IMG/VR virus record: IMGVR_UViG_3300021499_000001
Length of the DNA: 20,000 nucleotides
From: an uncultured virus (IMG/VR IMGVR_UViG_3300021499_000001)
Lineage: Duplodnaviria; Heunggongvirae; Uroviricota; Caudoviricetes
Direction: 5' to 3' (one strand)
Below are positions 8,679 through 17,536 of the stretch, one piece after another. The translations under genes and the position numbers were made by a program. A model generated the notes under the pieces. That model was not told where the DNA came from. It saw nothing but the letters and a program-made list of their open reading frames with translations, and did not search any database. Positions within the stretch are counted from its first letter, which is position 1, and the number at the start of each line of letters is the position of its first letter.

Positions 8679-10564
8679 TGAGACCATTTATCGAACGCAT
8701 AGTTCAAGACTATTCTGATAATTATGCATCAGTGTGGCGGTATTTAGAGGAATTTACAGATATCAAAGGGATATATTTTGATTTTGTTCCTACATCATTT
8801 AAGCGTTACTATGGACCATGGTATCCATTAGAATTTAGGGGGCATCGCTTTTTCTATATAGATCAAGATTCTCCATTCTATCCATCTGATGTACTTGTTT
8901 TCTCACCATATCATATTGAAACAAGAGGTGATGCATTTTCATATCAGCAGACATCTGATCCATGGATACCAGTGATATTTTCTTATGATAATGTAAAATT
9001 ATCTATATATGGTGATGTTGTTTATAAGTTAAAGATAGGGGATAGCTTACAGGTATTTATACCTTTCTTACCTTTGATAGGGAAAATAACAGGTGATTTT
9101 TATTGTTCATATAGCGGGAAAAAGTTGTTGTATGTGTATCCTACTGTTGGTGGATTGAGCAGTGGGGTTGGTTGTATTACAACGCATACAGGCACGGGTG
9201 CAGCAGATACACGCTTTCCTGTATTGCATCCATTTGATCTAGATAGCGAGTTATCGTGGGATCAATTACTTGTTGAGTATCCCGGTATTCACTGCTTGAT
9301 ACCTAGTAAGGTATCGATAGTATTTACAGATGTTATCGATGTGAATTGGGATGAATTAAATGGTGAAGGTTGTGTTTGGTGGGAATCAGGAATACCATAT
9401 CTTCTACCTAGAATTGATGCAAAAGCTATTAAGATGCATTTATTTTCCGTGTCGGGAAGTAATGCTTATTGGAATATTGTTGTATCAGTACCATCTTATT
9501 CTATTAATAACATTATTGATTTGTTGATGAATGAAACTCATTCAGTTGATGAGGAAGTTGCACCAACATGGAATGATAATGTTCTTATTTATGATTTTAG
9601 TGATTTATTTATATATACTGGGATATATAAGCTTGAAGGGAGGGTGAATTTTTGTTATAGTGGTACTATTATAGAGACAGATATTCCTATTTCATTTGGG
9701 GTGCTACATATTGGGGATGTTGATGTTGAAATAACCAAAAAGACATATGTAAGTACTGGGGCAACTATTGTAACATACACCATAAGTAGGGGATTTGTCG
9801 AGTGTGATAGATTGAAGTATGAGATTGCTTGGAAAGAGGGGATGGAAACAAGGTATATGGAATTGGGATATTCAATCGGACAATTAGATGCTTCACGTTC
9901 GGCAACGGATTTTAAGTTACGCATTTATTACAATGATGAGTTGGTGAAAATAATTGATATTACAGACATCAATGAAATAATGATTAGTGATGTACCTTTG
10001 CCAATTGCTTATTACATATCTAATGAGAACCGAGTGCATGTTGAGTGGGATAATGAGACATATGAATGTTACGAAAGACTCATTAATATAACGGGTACCA
10101 CATCATGGGTTGCCCTATCATCATCTCCTTACGATTGGTATCCTGCTGTTGGTGTTAACCTTGCTGCTATTTATAAACTTAAGCATAGAACACTGGGAAT
10201 AGAAGGACCGAGTATTACAGTAGAAATTAATAATGAGTTAGTGCGTACTGAGATTGTTGATGTCAATCGCAAATACATAGAAGTCGGTGAGATTGAGATT
10301 GACGCTTATGCGCGCAGGCCTCAGCTTTATTTTGTCTATGATACAGTTATCCCCAATGGGGCGGCGGGCTTCAAATTCCTAGTATATGGTGACTTTGATG
10401 AAGCTAATTTATCTTACAGTTTTGATGGAGTACACTTTCAGCCATTTACCATGGGTGATATTATCTATTTCCCTGAGGTACCAAATTTAGATCATCTATG
10501 GGTACGGTTTGAATCAAGTAATGTTAGATATGTGCAAAGTGCATATATTAAGTTTATCTTTTAA
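8678..10564 (+). CDS. Hypothetical structural protein (628 aa), aromatic and beta-rich
   Basis: Long ORF. GAGGGGGT at 8665-8672 favours ATG 8678 over GTG 8675. C-terminal 'LSYSFDGVHFQPF' is an Asp-box-like turn common in phage structural beta domains. Confidence 0.8.
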   Translation: MRPFIERIVQDYSDNYASVWRYLEEFTDIKGIYFDFVPTSFKRYYGPWYPLEFRGHRFFYIDQDSPFYPSDVLVFSPYHIETRGDAFSYQQTSDPWIPVIFSYDNVKLSIYGDVVYKLKIGDSLQVFIPFLPLIGKITGDFYCSYSGKKLLYVYPTVGGLSSGVGCITTHTGTGAADTRFPVLHPFDLDSELSWDQLLVEYPGIHCLIPSKVSIVFTDVIDVNWDELNGEGCVWWESGIPYLLPRIDAKAIKMHLFSVSGSNAYWNIVVSVPSYSINNIIDLLMNETHSVDEEVAPTWNDNVLIYDFSDLFIYTGIYKLEGRVNFCYSGTIIETDIPISFGVLHIGDVDVEITKKTYVSTGATIVTYTISRGFVECDRLKYEIAWKEGMETRYMELGYSIGQLDASRSATDFKLRIYYNDELVKIIDITDINEIMISDVPLPIAYYISNENRVHVEWDNETYECYERLINITGTTSWVALSSSPYDWYPAVGVNLAAIYKLKHRTLGIEGPSITVEINNELVRTEIVDVNRKYIEVGEIEIDAYARRPQLYFVYDTVIPNGAAGFKFLVYGDFDEANLSYSFDGVHFQPFTMGDIIYFPEVPNLDHLWVRFESSNVRYVQSAYIKFIF

Positions 10565-10575
10565 GGGATAGAGAT

Positions 10576-11997
10576 ATGACAGAAGATAAGTTACTACAAC
10601 TAATACATAATGGGGAGTTTGATGATTATATTGAAACGCTGAATCTTAGGATTAAAAAGTTGCGCAATATAGCTGATGATTATGCAAAGTTAATGGATGC
10701 GATAGAAACAAGTTTTATGTATGATTTAGATATTATCCAAAAGTGGAGCATACATGTCCTACGTGACTATCTGAGGAAGAGATTTGATGTTGTATGGGAG
10801 TGGAAGATCTCTGATTGGGATTTGGCTAATATAAAGGCGCAGTTAGCTCACAGTATTGTTGTTGATGGTGTGATGATTAAAGATCTTTATATTTTAAATG
10901 GCAGAAGGGTTACATTCGAAGGTACATATCATAATTTAACAGATGTTAATGAGGATACATACTTCCGTATCCATGGTTACCGTCAGGCAGCTGTAGCTTT
11001 CCAGATACAGATTAGTAAAGGGGTAAAATATTTAGCAATAAACATGTTCCCCCGTTGGCATCAGTATGTATATTTAATGTCGACTGATGGGCGAAGGTTA
11101 TCTAATACAGTTCTCAATGCTGGAATTATCCTTATACCAGTAAAGGAGCCTGGCGATTATTTCCTTGTTGTTGGTGAGTTATTTGATAGAGAAAGCATCA
11201 TAATGATATCGGATATTATTGCGTTGGGGGAATATCAGGATGTACCAGAGGTTACGTTCTCGTGGAAGCCGGCGGGCTTCTACAACTATTTCTTTGCTTA
11301 TCCATTATTGGCAGGTAAGACGGCTTTGAAGGTAACAGATGGTACTAATAGTGTGGATATTTCATATGGTATTAACTTTATACAAAAGTGGATGGTTGAG
11401 GAGTCTGAAGCCCATGCTTCAACCAGCATTGATTATTTAGGGACCCATTACGATAAGGCTTATTTAGTGGATTCAATATCACCTATTGTTGCCAAAAAGA
11501 TGGAGGGGGAGCGGCTTATTTACTATTTCCCCAAGTTAACCACTGTTAAAGGAAATGGCCGGCTTTTACAACTTGATCTAACCTGGAGATTCACGCGCCC
11601 TATTGACATTGATGGTGAAAGATCATTAATCGGTGTTTTTAAGTCTGATGGTAGTGATTTTGAGATTGACGGCATCTATTTATCATTTAGTGAGCCTTTA
11701 TATTTCATTGACAGAGATTATTTTTATATAAAGGATAGCAGGGGGCATATATATCTTGTATTTAGACGTGATCCAAGTGAATTAGAAGCTGGTGATGCGA
11801 TATACTGGTATAATCTAAAGGATATGAGCATTAAGGTTAAAGCAACACATGGTGGTGTGTTGTTCATGGGTTCGGATAACACATTGTTACCATTGGCACC
11901 TAAGCGTCCAATCAATTTTGAGTTAGGCGGTTATGGTGAAGGTCCATTATTAGCCCCTGGTGGAACTCCTATGGAAGAAGAAGAGGAAATATCATGA
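10576..11997 (+). CDS. Hypothetical structural protein (473 aa), helical N-terminus plus beta-rich body
   Basis: Long ORF. N-terminal coiled-coil-like 'IETLNLRIKKLRNIADDYAKL'. Acidic C-terminal tail EEEEE whose GAGG can serve as the SD for the next gene. Confidence 0.8.
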   Translation: MTEDKLLQLIHNGEFDDYIETLNLRIKKLRNIADDYAKLMDAIETSFMYDLDIIQKWSIHVLRDYLRKRFDVVWEWKISDWDLANIKAQLAHSIVVDGVMIKDLYILNGRRVTFEGTYHNLTDVNEDTYFRIHGYRQAAVAFQIQISKGVKYLAINMFPRWHQYVYLMSTDGRRLSNTVLNAGIILIPVKEPGDYFLVVGELFDRESIIMISDIIALGEYQDVPEVTFSWKPAGFYNYFFAYPLLAGKTALKVTDGTNSVDISYGINFIQKWMVEESEAHASTSIDYLGTHYDKAYLVDSISPIVAKKMEGERLIYYFPKLTTVKGNGRLLQLDLTWRFTRPIDIDGERSLIGVFKSDGSDFEIDGIYLSFSEPLYFIDRDYFYIKDSRGHIYLVFRRDPSELEAGDAIYWYNLKDMSIKVKATHGGVLFMGSDNTLLPLAPKRPINFELGGYGEGPLLAPGGTPMEEEEEIS

Positions 11998-13010
11998 AGA
12001 TTGATGCACAATATTTTGAAAATTATTTCAAGCAATATGCTGCACTTGCGCATGATATCTCCAATCTTGTTGCTTATTACCAGAATATAACAAACATATA
12101 TGATGCATTTGGAAGTGCTTTATCTGTGTTCTTCCCTGTTGAAAAGGATGAGTATTTTGTAGCTAACAAAACATTAAGGACCGTTGAATCGATTTTATCT
12201 CTCACACACCATGTGGAAACCGAGCTATCCTTTATCCGCCTGAGCACCAGTACTAACTTAAGAGTCATTCCGGCTGTTGAAAGGACTATTGGTATTAGTA
12301 GTGTCAGAGAAGCACATGGTGTTACAACATCTATAACATATGGTGCAACGAGCCGTGAGCCATTATCATTGATAAACAGAATTTTTGTAGACGAATCACT
12401 TTATTGTGAATTGCTGTTACCATATACGGACCAATGGATTCTTGATGTAGGGTTTACTCTTATGGAAACAACCCATTGGAATACGTTAAAAGTTTTGCAA
12501 ATTCCGCCAATAGTTGTCAATATAGACAGCATTGAGGTTGGTGGTATTAATTATGAGCCTTATAATAGGCAATATCCTCATCTATTTCAGCTTCCTGATA
12601 CAGCAATTAATGCATTTAAAATCACAGGTTCATCTGCTGAAATCATTGTGAGCGGGGCTTCAGCTTCAATCATCGGATTCACACACATAGGAGTTTATTA
12701 TAGGCGTTATCATACATATGGTGTATTTAATGCTTATTTCCATAATGATACAGATAGAGAGATATCCGTAAGTCCTGTGTATTATATACCACCTCAGTTG
12801 TATGAGGATTATGACACTGATAGTGATATTATCATTGTAAAGTTATATAAAACAAGTACCTCACCATCGGGATTTGAACTGATTTGGACATCTCTATCAC
12901 CGACATCGATTATCCTTGATGCTGATAGTGATATATATGTTGAGGTTGAGTTAAGAGGGAATGAAAAATATACGCCTTTATTTTATGGTATTAAACTTAT
13001 AGAGGTCTAA
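11994..13010 (+). CDS. Hypothetical structural protein (338 aa)
   Basis: ATGA-coupled, helical N-terminus. C-terminal 'VEVELRGNEKYTPLFYGIKL' resembles the terminal TP-strand motif of phage tail/baseplate beta-sandwich proteins (inference). Confidence 0.8.
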   Translation: MKIDAQYFENYFKQYAALAHDISNLVAYYQNITNIYDAFGSALSVFFPVEKDEYFVANKTLRTVESILSLTHHVETELSFIRLSTSTNLRVIPAVERTIGISSVREAHGVTTSITYGATSREPLSLINRIFVDESLYCELLLPYTDQWILDVGFTLMETTHWNTLKVLQIPPIVVNIDSIEVGGINYEPYNRQYPHLFQLPDTAINAFKITGSSAEIIVSGASASIIGFTHIGVYYRRYHTYGVFNAYFHNDTDREISVSPVYYIPPQLYEDYDTDSDIIIVKLYKTSTSPSGFELIWTSLSPTSIILDADSDIYVEVELRGNEKYTPLFYGIKLIEV

Positions 13011-13011
13011 A

Positions 13012-13314
13012 ATGACGGATAGTGATTTCACAGCTTTGCAGCAGCGTGTTGCTCAATTGGAAGAAACCGTTTTGGAGTGCATAACAATCGTGCGTTCGTT
13101 GAGTGGAGTGATGGAATTATTACAGCAACGTATTGCTGATTTGGAAGATAAATCATCATTACTAGAGAAGGAGGGAGTTTTACTGAGTAATGATGATTAT
13201 CAGCGTTATAAGGATATGTGGAATCGTTTGCTTATATTAGAGCAAAAATATCGTGAGTACTTAGCAAAATTACTGCGCAGTTTAAGAGAAAAGCATGTGG
13301 ATCCTCTCGAATAG
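13012..13314 (+). CDS. Small coiled-coil protein (100 aa)
   Basis: GAGGT upstream. Heptads 'LQQRVAQLEETV' and 'LQQRIADLEDKS' form an internal imperfect repeat. Confidence 0.8.
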   Translation: MTDSDFTALQQRVAQLEETVLECITIVRSLSGVMELLQQRIADLEDKSSLLEKEGVLLSNDDYQRYKDMWNRLLILEQKYREYLAKLLRSLREKHVDPLE

Positions 13315-14569
13315 TTATATTGAGGATGATAAGGCAACCGTTTTCTATGCGGCTTCAGATGATGAGTTACCAGCAATTTTATTCAAGGTTAATGATCATT
13401 ATGAATGTATGTATGTGCATGGGAGAGGCCGGCCGGCTTCACTAACATCTGGTTATGTGAGACTCCCTCGTGCTAGTACTCGTTATTATCACATAAGAAC
13501 GAAATCTATTGACAGAAACATTTATGAAATTGTCCTACCGCGCCCACGGACCGGGATTGTTGCATTATATGACCTACAGTCTGATACGTTTGTGCATGAG
13601 CTGCATTTATCAGAGCCAACAACTGATTTCGAGCATATCGTTGTTGATATTGCTGGTAACATGTTACGCATCCATATCCCCGATAAGGTATATGGTGATT
13701 GTTATGTTACATATCATAGCACATCCACACCACCCTCACAACCCAATATTGTAACATCATTTCCTATTGTGAAAAATGGGACATATAATGTTGAGATAAC
13801 AGAGCCGGGCCTCTACAACATTTACGTTAGAGATAAATCAGGTAATCTGTTGGGGCCTCATGCTGCTTATTATGATCCAACATTTGATAAGAAGATTGTT
13901 CTATCATCCTTAAGGCAGGTAAGTGGGGTTGTCGTGGGCACTGTTAAAAGCAATTATTATCCTGTCGTTGTTTTTAGGTGGATGGGTGAATTAGATCGGT
14001 ATGTATATTTAACTACATTATTCGAGGGGCAGGATTATTTTGTAGATGAGGATCCATTCTTTGGGCAGAATATTTATGCATGTGGTTACACGAAGGAGGG
14101 TGAGGCATTTCTTGTATCTTCAGCTAGTTTGGTATTTTATCCTTGTGAGTATCTTACTGCTCCATTTCTATCCGTTGCTAGATTAAGTGAGGAGGATTTA
14201 TACATGGAAGTAACAAGGATTATTGAGCATGTTATCGTCAGAGATGGGCTACGCACGGCACGCGTTACTGTTTATCCCAATCCCGATGCAAGCGGTTCGT
14301 ACACAGTCCTTGATGATAGTACTGATTATCCACTCTCTCACTATGGTGATGTATTAGTCGACAGGAAATATGTTTTTGTTATTAATAGATCTGGCACATC
14401 TATTTATGTTGCCCCCAATACAGTTTCAGGTAGTGACATTATTTCAACAGGCATAGAGATCCCTAATAATACTTATAAGATATTGGAGATAGAGACACTT
14501 CCAATGCTTTTTAGGCTTTCCAGTAGCCCATCGGCAGGTGGTAAGGTAATTATATGGGAGGTTGGCTAA
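13295..14569 (+). CDS. Hypothetical protein (424 aa) with an Ig-like segment
   Basis: Long ORF containing 'NGTYNVEITEPGLYNIYVRDKSGN'. Its stop overlaps the next ATG (TAATG). Confidence 0.8.
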   Translation: MWILSNSYIEDDKATVFYAASDDELPAILFKVNDHYECMYVHGRGRPASLTSGYVRLPRASTRYYHIRTKSIDRNIYEIVLPRPRTGIVALYDLQSDTFVHELHLSEPTTDFEHIVVDIAGNMLRIHIPDKVYGDCYVTYHSTSTPPSQPNIVTSFPIVKNGTYNVEITEPGLYNIYVRDKSGNLLGPHAAYYDPTFDKKIVLSSLRQVSGVVVGTVKSNYYPVVVFRWMGELDRYVYLTTLFEGQDYFVDEDPFFGQNIYACGYTKEGEAFLVSSASLVFYPCEYLTAPFLSVARLSEEDLYMEVTRIIEHVIVRDGLRTARVTVYPNPDASGSYTVLDDSTDYPLSHYGDVLVDRKYVFVINRSGTSIYVAPNTVSGSDIISTGIEIPNNTYKILEIETLPMLFRLSSSPSAGGKVIIWEVG

Positions 14570-14799
14570 TGATTGGATTTGCGCGGGTTAATGAGTTTTT
14601 TGATGTTACAGAAAAAAACGGTATAGCTAATAAACTATCTGATGCAATAATAAGGCAGATAGCTATGGAGAAGCCGGCTTCATATAGATTAGATGGGCAT
14701 GAGCTTAAGGTTGAGTATATCGTTGATGACGGCTACGGACTGCTTATTCTATTCCGTCCTAATATGCAACAGTTAGTATATATTAGAGATGGGAGATAA
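14569..14799 (+). CDS. Small hypothetical protein (76 aa)
   Basis: Start reassigned from 14554 to ATG 14569 (TAATG overlap, SD GGAGGT at 14557-14562). Begins MIGFARV. Confidence 0.7.
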   Translation: MIGFARVNEFFDVTEKNGIANKLSDAIIRQIAMEKPASYRLDGHELKVEYIVDDGYGLLILFRPNMQQLVYIRDGR

Positions 14800-15127
14800 G
14801 GATAACATCAGGTTGTTATTGGAGGAGATGTTAAGCCGCCTTGGTGATAAGCATATTAGTAATGGTGATGCTGAGATTATAGCTAGGGCTATTACGTCCC
14901 GTCTGAAACCGTTTTTTGATAATGTAATACTACGCACAGTACAGAAGGTATCAGGTAGCGATGAGATTTCTAAGGAGATCCAAGAACTACATGATTTAAT
15001 CAATGATAGGTTTACTGAGTTGCAGGTTGAGGTTGTGAAGAAGAAGGATACGATTTATTTATTAGCTAATTTAATTGCGCTTCTTGCCAATGTTATCTTG
15101 CTAGTTTTTAATCTGATGCCGAAGTAA
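14789..15127 (+). CDS. Coiled-coil protein with a single C-terminal transmembrane helix (holin-like/tail-anchored, 112 aa)
   Basis: Helical soluble region, then KKKD, then hydrophobic 'TIYLLANLIALLANVILLVFNLM' at the C-terminus. Confidence 0.7.
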   Translation: MGDKDNIRLLLEEMLSRLGDKHISNGDAEIIARAITSRLKPFFDNVILRTVQKVSGSDEISKEIQELHDLINDRFTELQVEVVKKKDTIYLLANLIALLANVILLVFNLMPK

Positions 15128-15157
15128 AGGAGCCCTCTATGAGGGTATAAAAATGCG

Positions 15158-17536
15158 ATGCTTTTATTATGGACAAATATCCCGGAAGCACGGGGATATA
15201 TTGTTTATAAAGCCCCTCACTTTGTCTATCCAACAGGGAAGTTATCGGAACCGAAGTGTGTTTGTAAAGGGGATAGTGATACATCGGATCCAGGTTTTAG
15301 CGTGCCCTCCTATGTTGATGATGGATTAAAGGGATTTTTAAGCCCGCCAGAAGGTTATAATTTTTATGCCTATACCGAAAGCAATCACTTAGAGGTTGAT
15401 ACAGGTGTCTATGTTGTTGTTGCGATTAATGGTATTTGTGCATCAAGTTATTCAAATCCTGTTAGCATTGTTTCCGAGTTGGAAGAAAAAACTATATCAG
15501 TAGCTATAAGAGAGGTGCCTGTTGATGATACTGTTGTAGCCAAGCGTTTCTGTCGGTGGGGTGTATTTTTAACAAAAGTACATTGGAATTTTAATATTGA
15601 TAGCATTATAAGTACTGACTATAATGTTGACATTGAATTCAGCACTCTAACCAGCGGTTCCTTTGTACTTACTGGTGTACCTCCTACTGGTAGTGAGGAT
15701 GTATCAAGTAGGTCATTTTATAAGTATGCTTTCGAGCCATTAGTCATTAAGGTCAGCACTGATGGCTGTTCTATCAGTCAAGTAAATATTGCTATCGATG
15801 TTGTTTTGATTGAATACCCACTAGATGTTATAAGGGTTGCCCTAGAGAAAACAACGGTTATAGATCGTTTTGATAAACCCGAGCCATCCTTAGATTATGT
15901 CACAACGGGTTATCTTAGGAAGCCATTGATATTAGATTGGATTTATGTCGACACATCTGGTTCTTTAGATGCATATTTATTATTGCATAAGCGCGGGCTT
16001 TATCACCACTATGGTTTGTCATTGGATAATAAGTTTAAGCCACCGCTTATTTTAAGTGATACGGATGATCTAGCACTATATACCAAGGGTGATCCAGGTT
16101 CTGTAGTTATGGTAAGTGAAGGCCCGCTTCAGGTAAAGCAGGATAAGTTACCTGACATGAAGGATGTTTATTTTGAGGGCGGCTTCCTCTTAGGGCATGA
16201 TAGAGAAATAAGACGTATATATCTGTTCAAGGGGGCAATTAAACATATTGATGTCCAATTTTACAAGCAGCATGATGATGCCGAACTGACGGTTTATACA
16301 CCACAGGCGGGGCTTCAAACATTTTTCATCCCTAAGGATATATTATCTGCGCAGTTCGTTACAGATATTCCATTTGATGCTGGTTCATATGTAATAATAA
16401 GTTCAACAGAAGAGCATCCTATTACTGTGGATTGTGATGTGCGTATTGAGATATGGAGAGAGTATCCACCTTGCATATGTGAAATTACTGTTGAAGAGGA
16501 GGAAGAGGAGGGTGCGCGGCCTCTCATTTACGATGGCACTTATTTTGAAGGCGGGGCTAATGGCTGGCGCTACAAGACATATCCTTTCCAAGCACATCTA
16601 TCAAAGGTGATGTTTCTTGGACATGACTTGTTTGATGTACCTGTGCGATACAATTTCTATATTAATGGAGATCTGGTAAAGACATATGATCTTAATTTCT
16701 CAACTAGCCGCCTTCTGCAATTTGATGTAGATATAACAGTCCCAGCTAATGGTGTCCTTGTTATCGAACAGATTATTATGGATCGTACAATGTATGAGGT
16801 TACAAGGGATGTTGATGTCATATGGTCGCTTACCTTTGAGGGTGAAGGAGCATATATAGCAACATACACGGCGGCTGATTCTGTGCTCTTGAATTCGCCA
16901 TCATCTAATAGTACAACAGAATTCCAGCTTATTGATGCTATTACATTTCCACATGCTGTTCATTTGACAGGCATGAGTGCTTCGGCGGCTTCTGGTAGTG
17001 ATAATGCTGTATACAAGGTTGAAATACCGGATTTAGACATTAGCTATGAATTTACAGGTACATATCTATGTGACCCTGTTGTAGAGGTACCGCCTTATAC
17101 TGCTATAAGGGCTTATTATAAGGTTGATGACCCTGAAGGAGGTGAGGTTGCATACCCACAAGTCCTTTTGCATATAGGCTTTTTGGCTGAACATGAGGAG
17201 TTTGTTGATCTTGATAATGTGGGTATATTTTGGTTGAGAGAGCATAGCGGGAGTCTGTATGACACTATTACTCATCAGCTTGCTTTGCCGAGTGGTACTT
17301 ATAGGTGCATCTTCTTGCAGGCATCTGTTTACCAAACGCCACTGGATGAAGCAGATATTATTATTGATATAGGGGGGAGCGGAGATACTCTTAATGTGAA
17401 GCCGGGGCTGCATAACATTTACAAAACAACGGATTTCACCTTTGGTAATATGGATACGGTTACAGTTAATTCAAGCGACCCGCGGCTTATGCACGGTATT
17501 GTTATCATGGCTATCTATCAGAAGGTTGAGACATGA
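15158..17536 (+). CDS. Multi-domain beta-sandwich protein (792 aa) with an N-terminal FN3-like domain, putative tail fibre/receptor-binding protein
   Basis: 'LLWTNIPEARGYIVYK...VYVVVAINGICASSYSNPVSI' matches the fibronectin type III pattern. Has an E6 linker and a repeated YFEGG. ATGA overlap with the next gene. Confidence 0.7.
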   Translation: MLLLWTNIPEARGYIVYKAPHFVYPTGKLSEPKCVCKGDSDTSDPGFSVPSYVDDGLKGFLSPPEGYNFYAYTESNHLEVDTGVYVVVAINGICASSYSNPVSIVSELEEKTISVAIREVPVDDTVVAKRFCRWGVFLTKVHWNFNIDSIISTDYNVDIEFSTLTSGSFVLTGVPPTGSEDVSSRSFYKYAFEPLVIKVSTDGCSISQVNIAIDVVLIEYPLDVIRVALEKTTVIDRFDKPEPSLDYVTTGYLRKPLILDWIYVDTSGSLDAYLLLHKRGLYHHYGLSLDNKFKPPLILSDTDDLALYTKGDPGSVVMVSEGPLQVKQDKLPDMKDVYFEGGFLLGHDREIRRIYLFKGAIKHIDVQFYKQHDDAELTVYTPQAGLQTFFIPKDILSAQFVTDIPFDAGSYVIISSTEEHPITVDCDVRIEIWREYPPCICEITVEEEEEEGARPLIYDGTYFEGGANGWRYKTYPFQAHLSKVMFLGHDLFDVPVRYNFYINGDLVKTYDLNFSTSRLLQFDVDITVPANGVLVIEQIIMDRTMYEVTRDVDVIWSLTFEGEGAYIATYTAADSVLLNSPSSNSTTEFQLIDAITFPHAVHLTGMSASAASGSDNAVYKVEIPDLDISYEFTGTYLCDPVVEVPPYTAIRAYYKVDDPEGGEVAYPQVLLHIGFLAEHEEFVDLDNVGIFWLREHSGSLYDTITHQLALPSGTYRCIFLQASVYQTPLDEADIIIDIGGSGDTLNVKPGLHNIYKTTDFTFGNMDTVTVNSSDPRLMHGIVIMAIYQKVET

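Noticed and set aside
947..13754. Short + strand ORFs nested in other frames (947, 3586, 6991, 8524, 13509)
   Set aside because: They are contained within or overlap better-supported genes. The L/M/I-rich sequence is what a frameshifted reading of T-ending codons produces.
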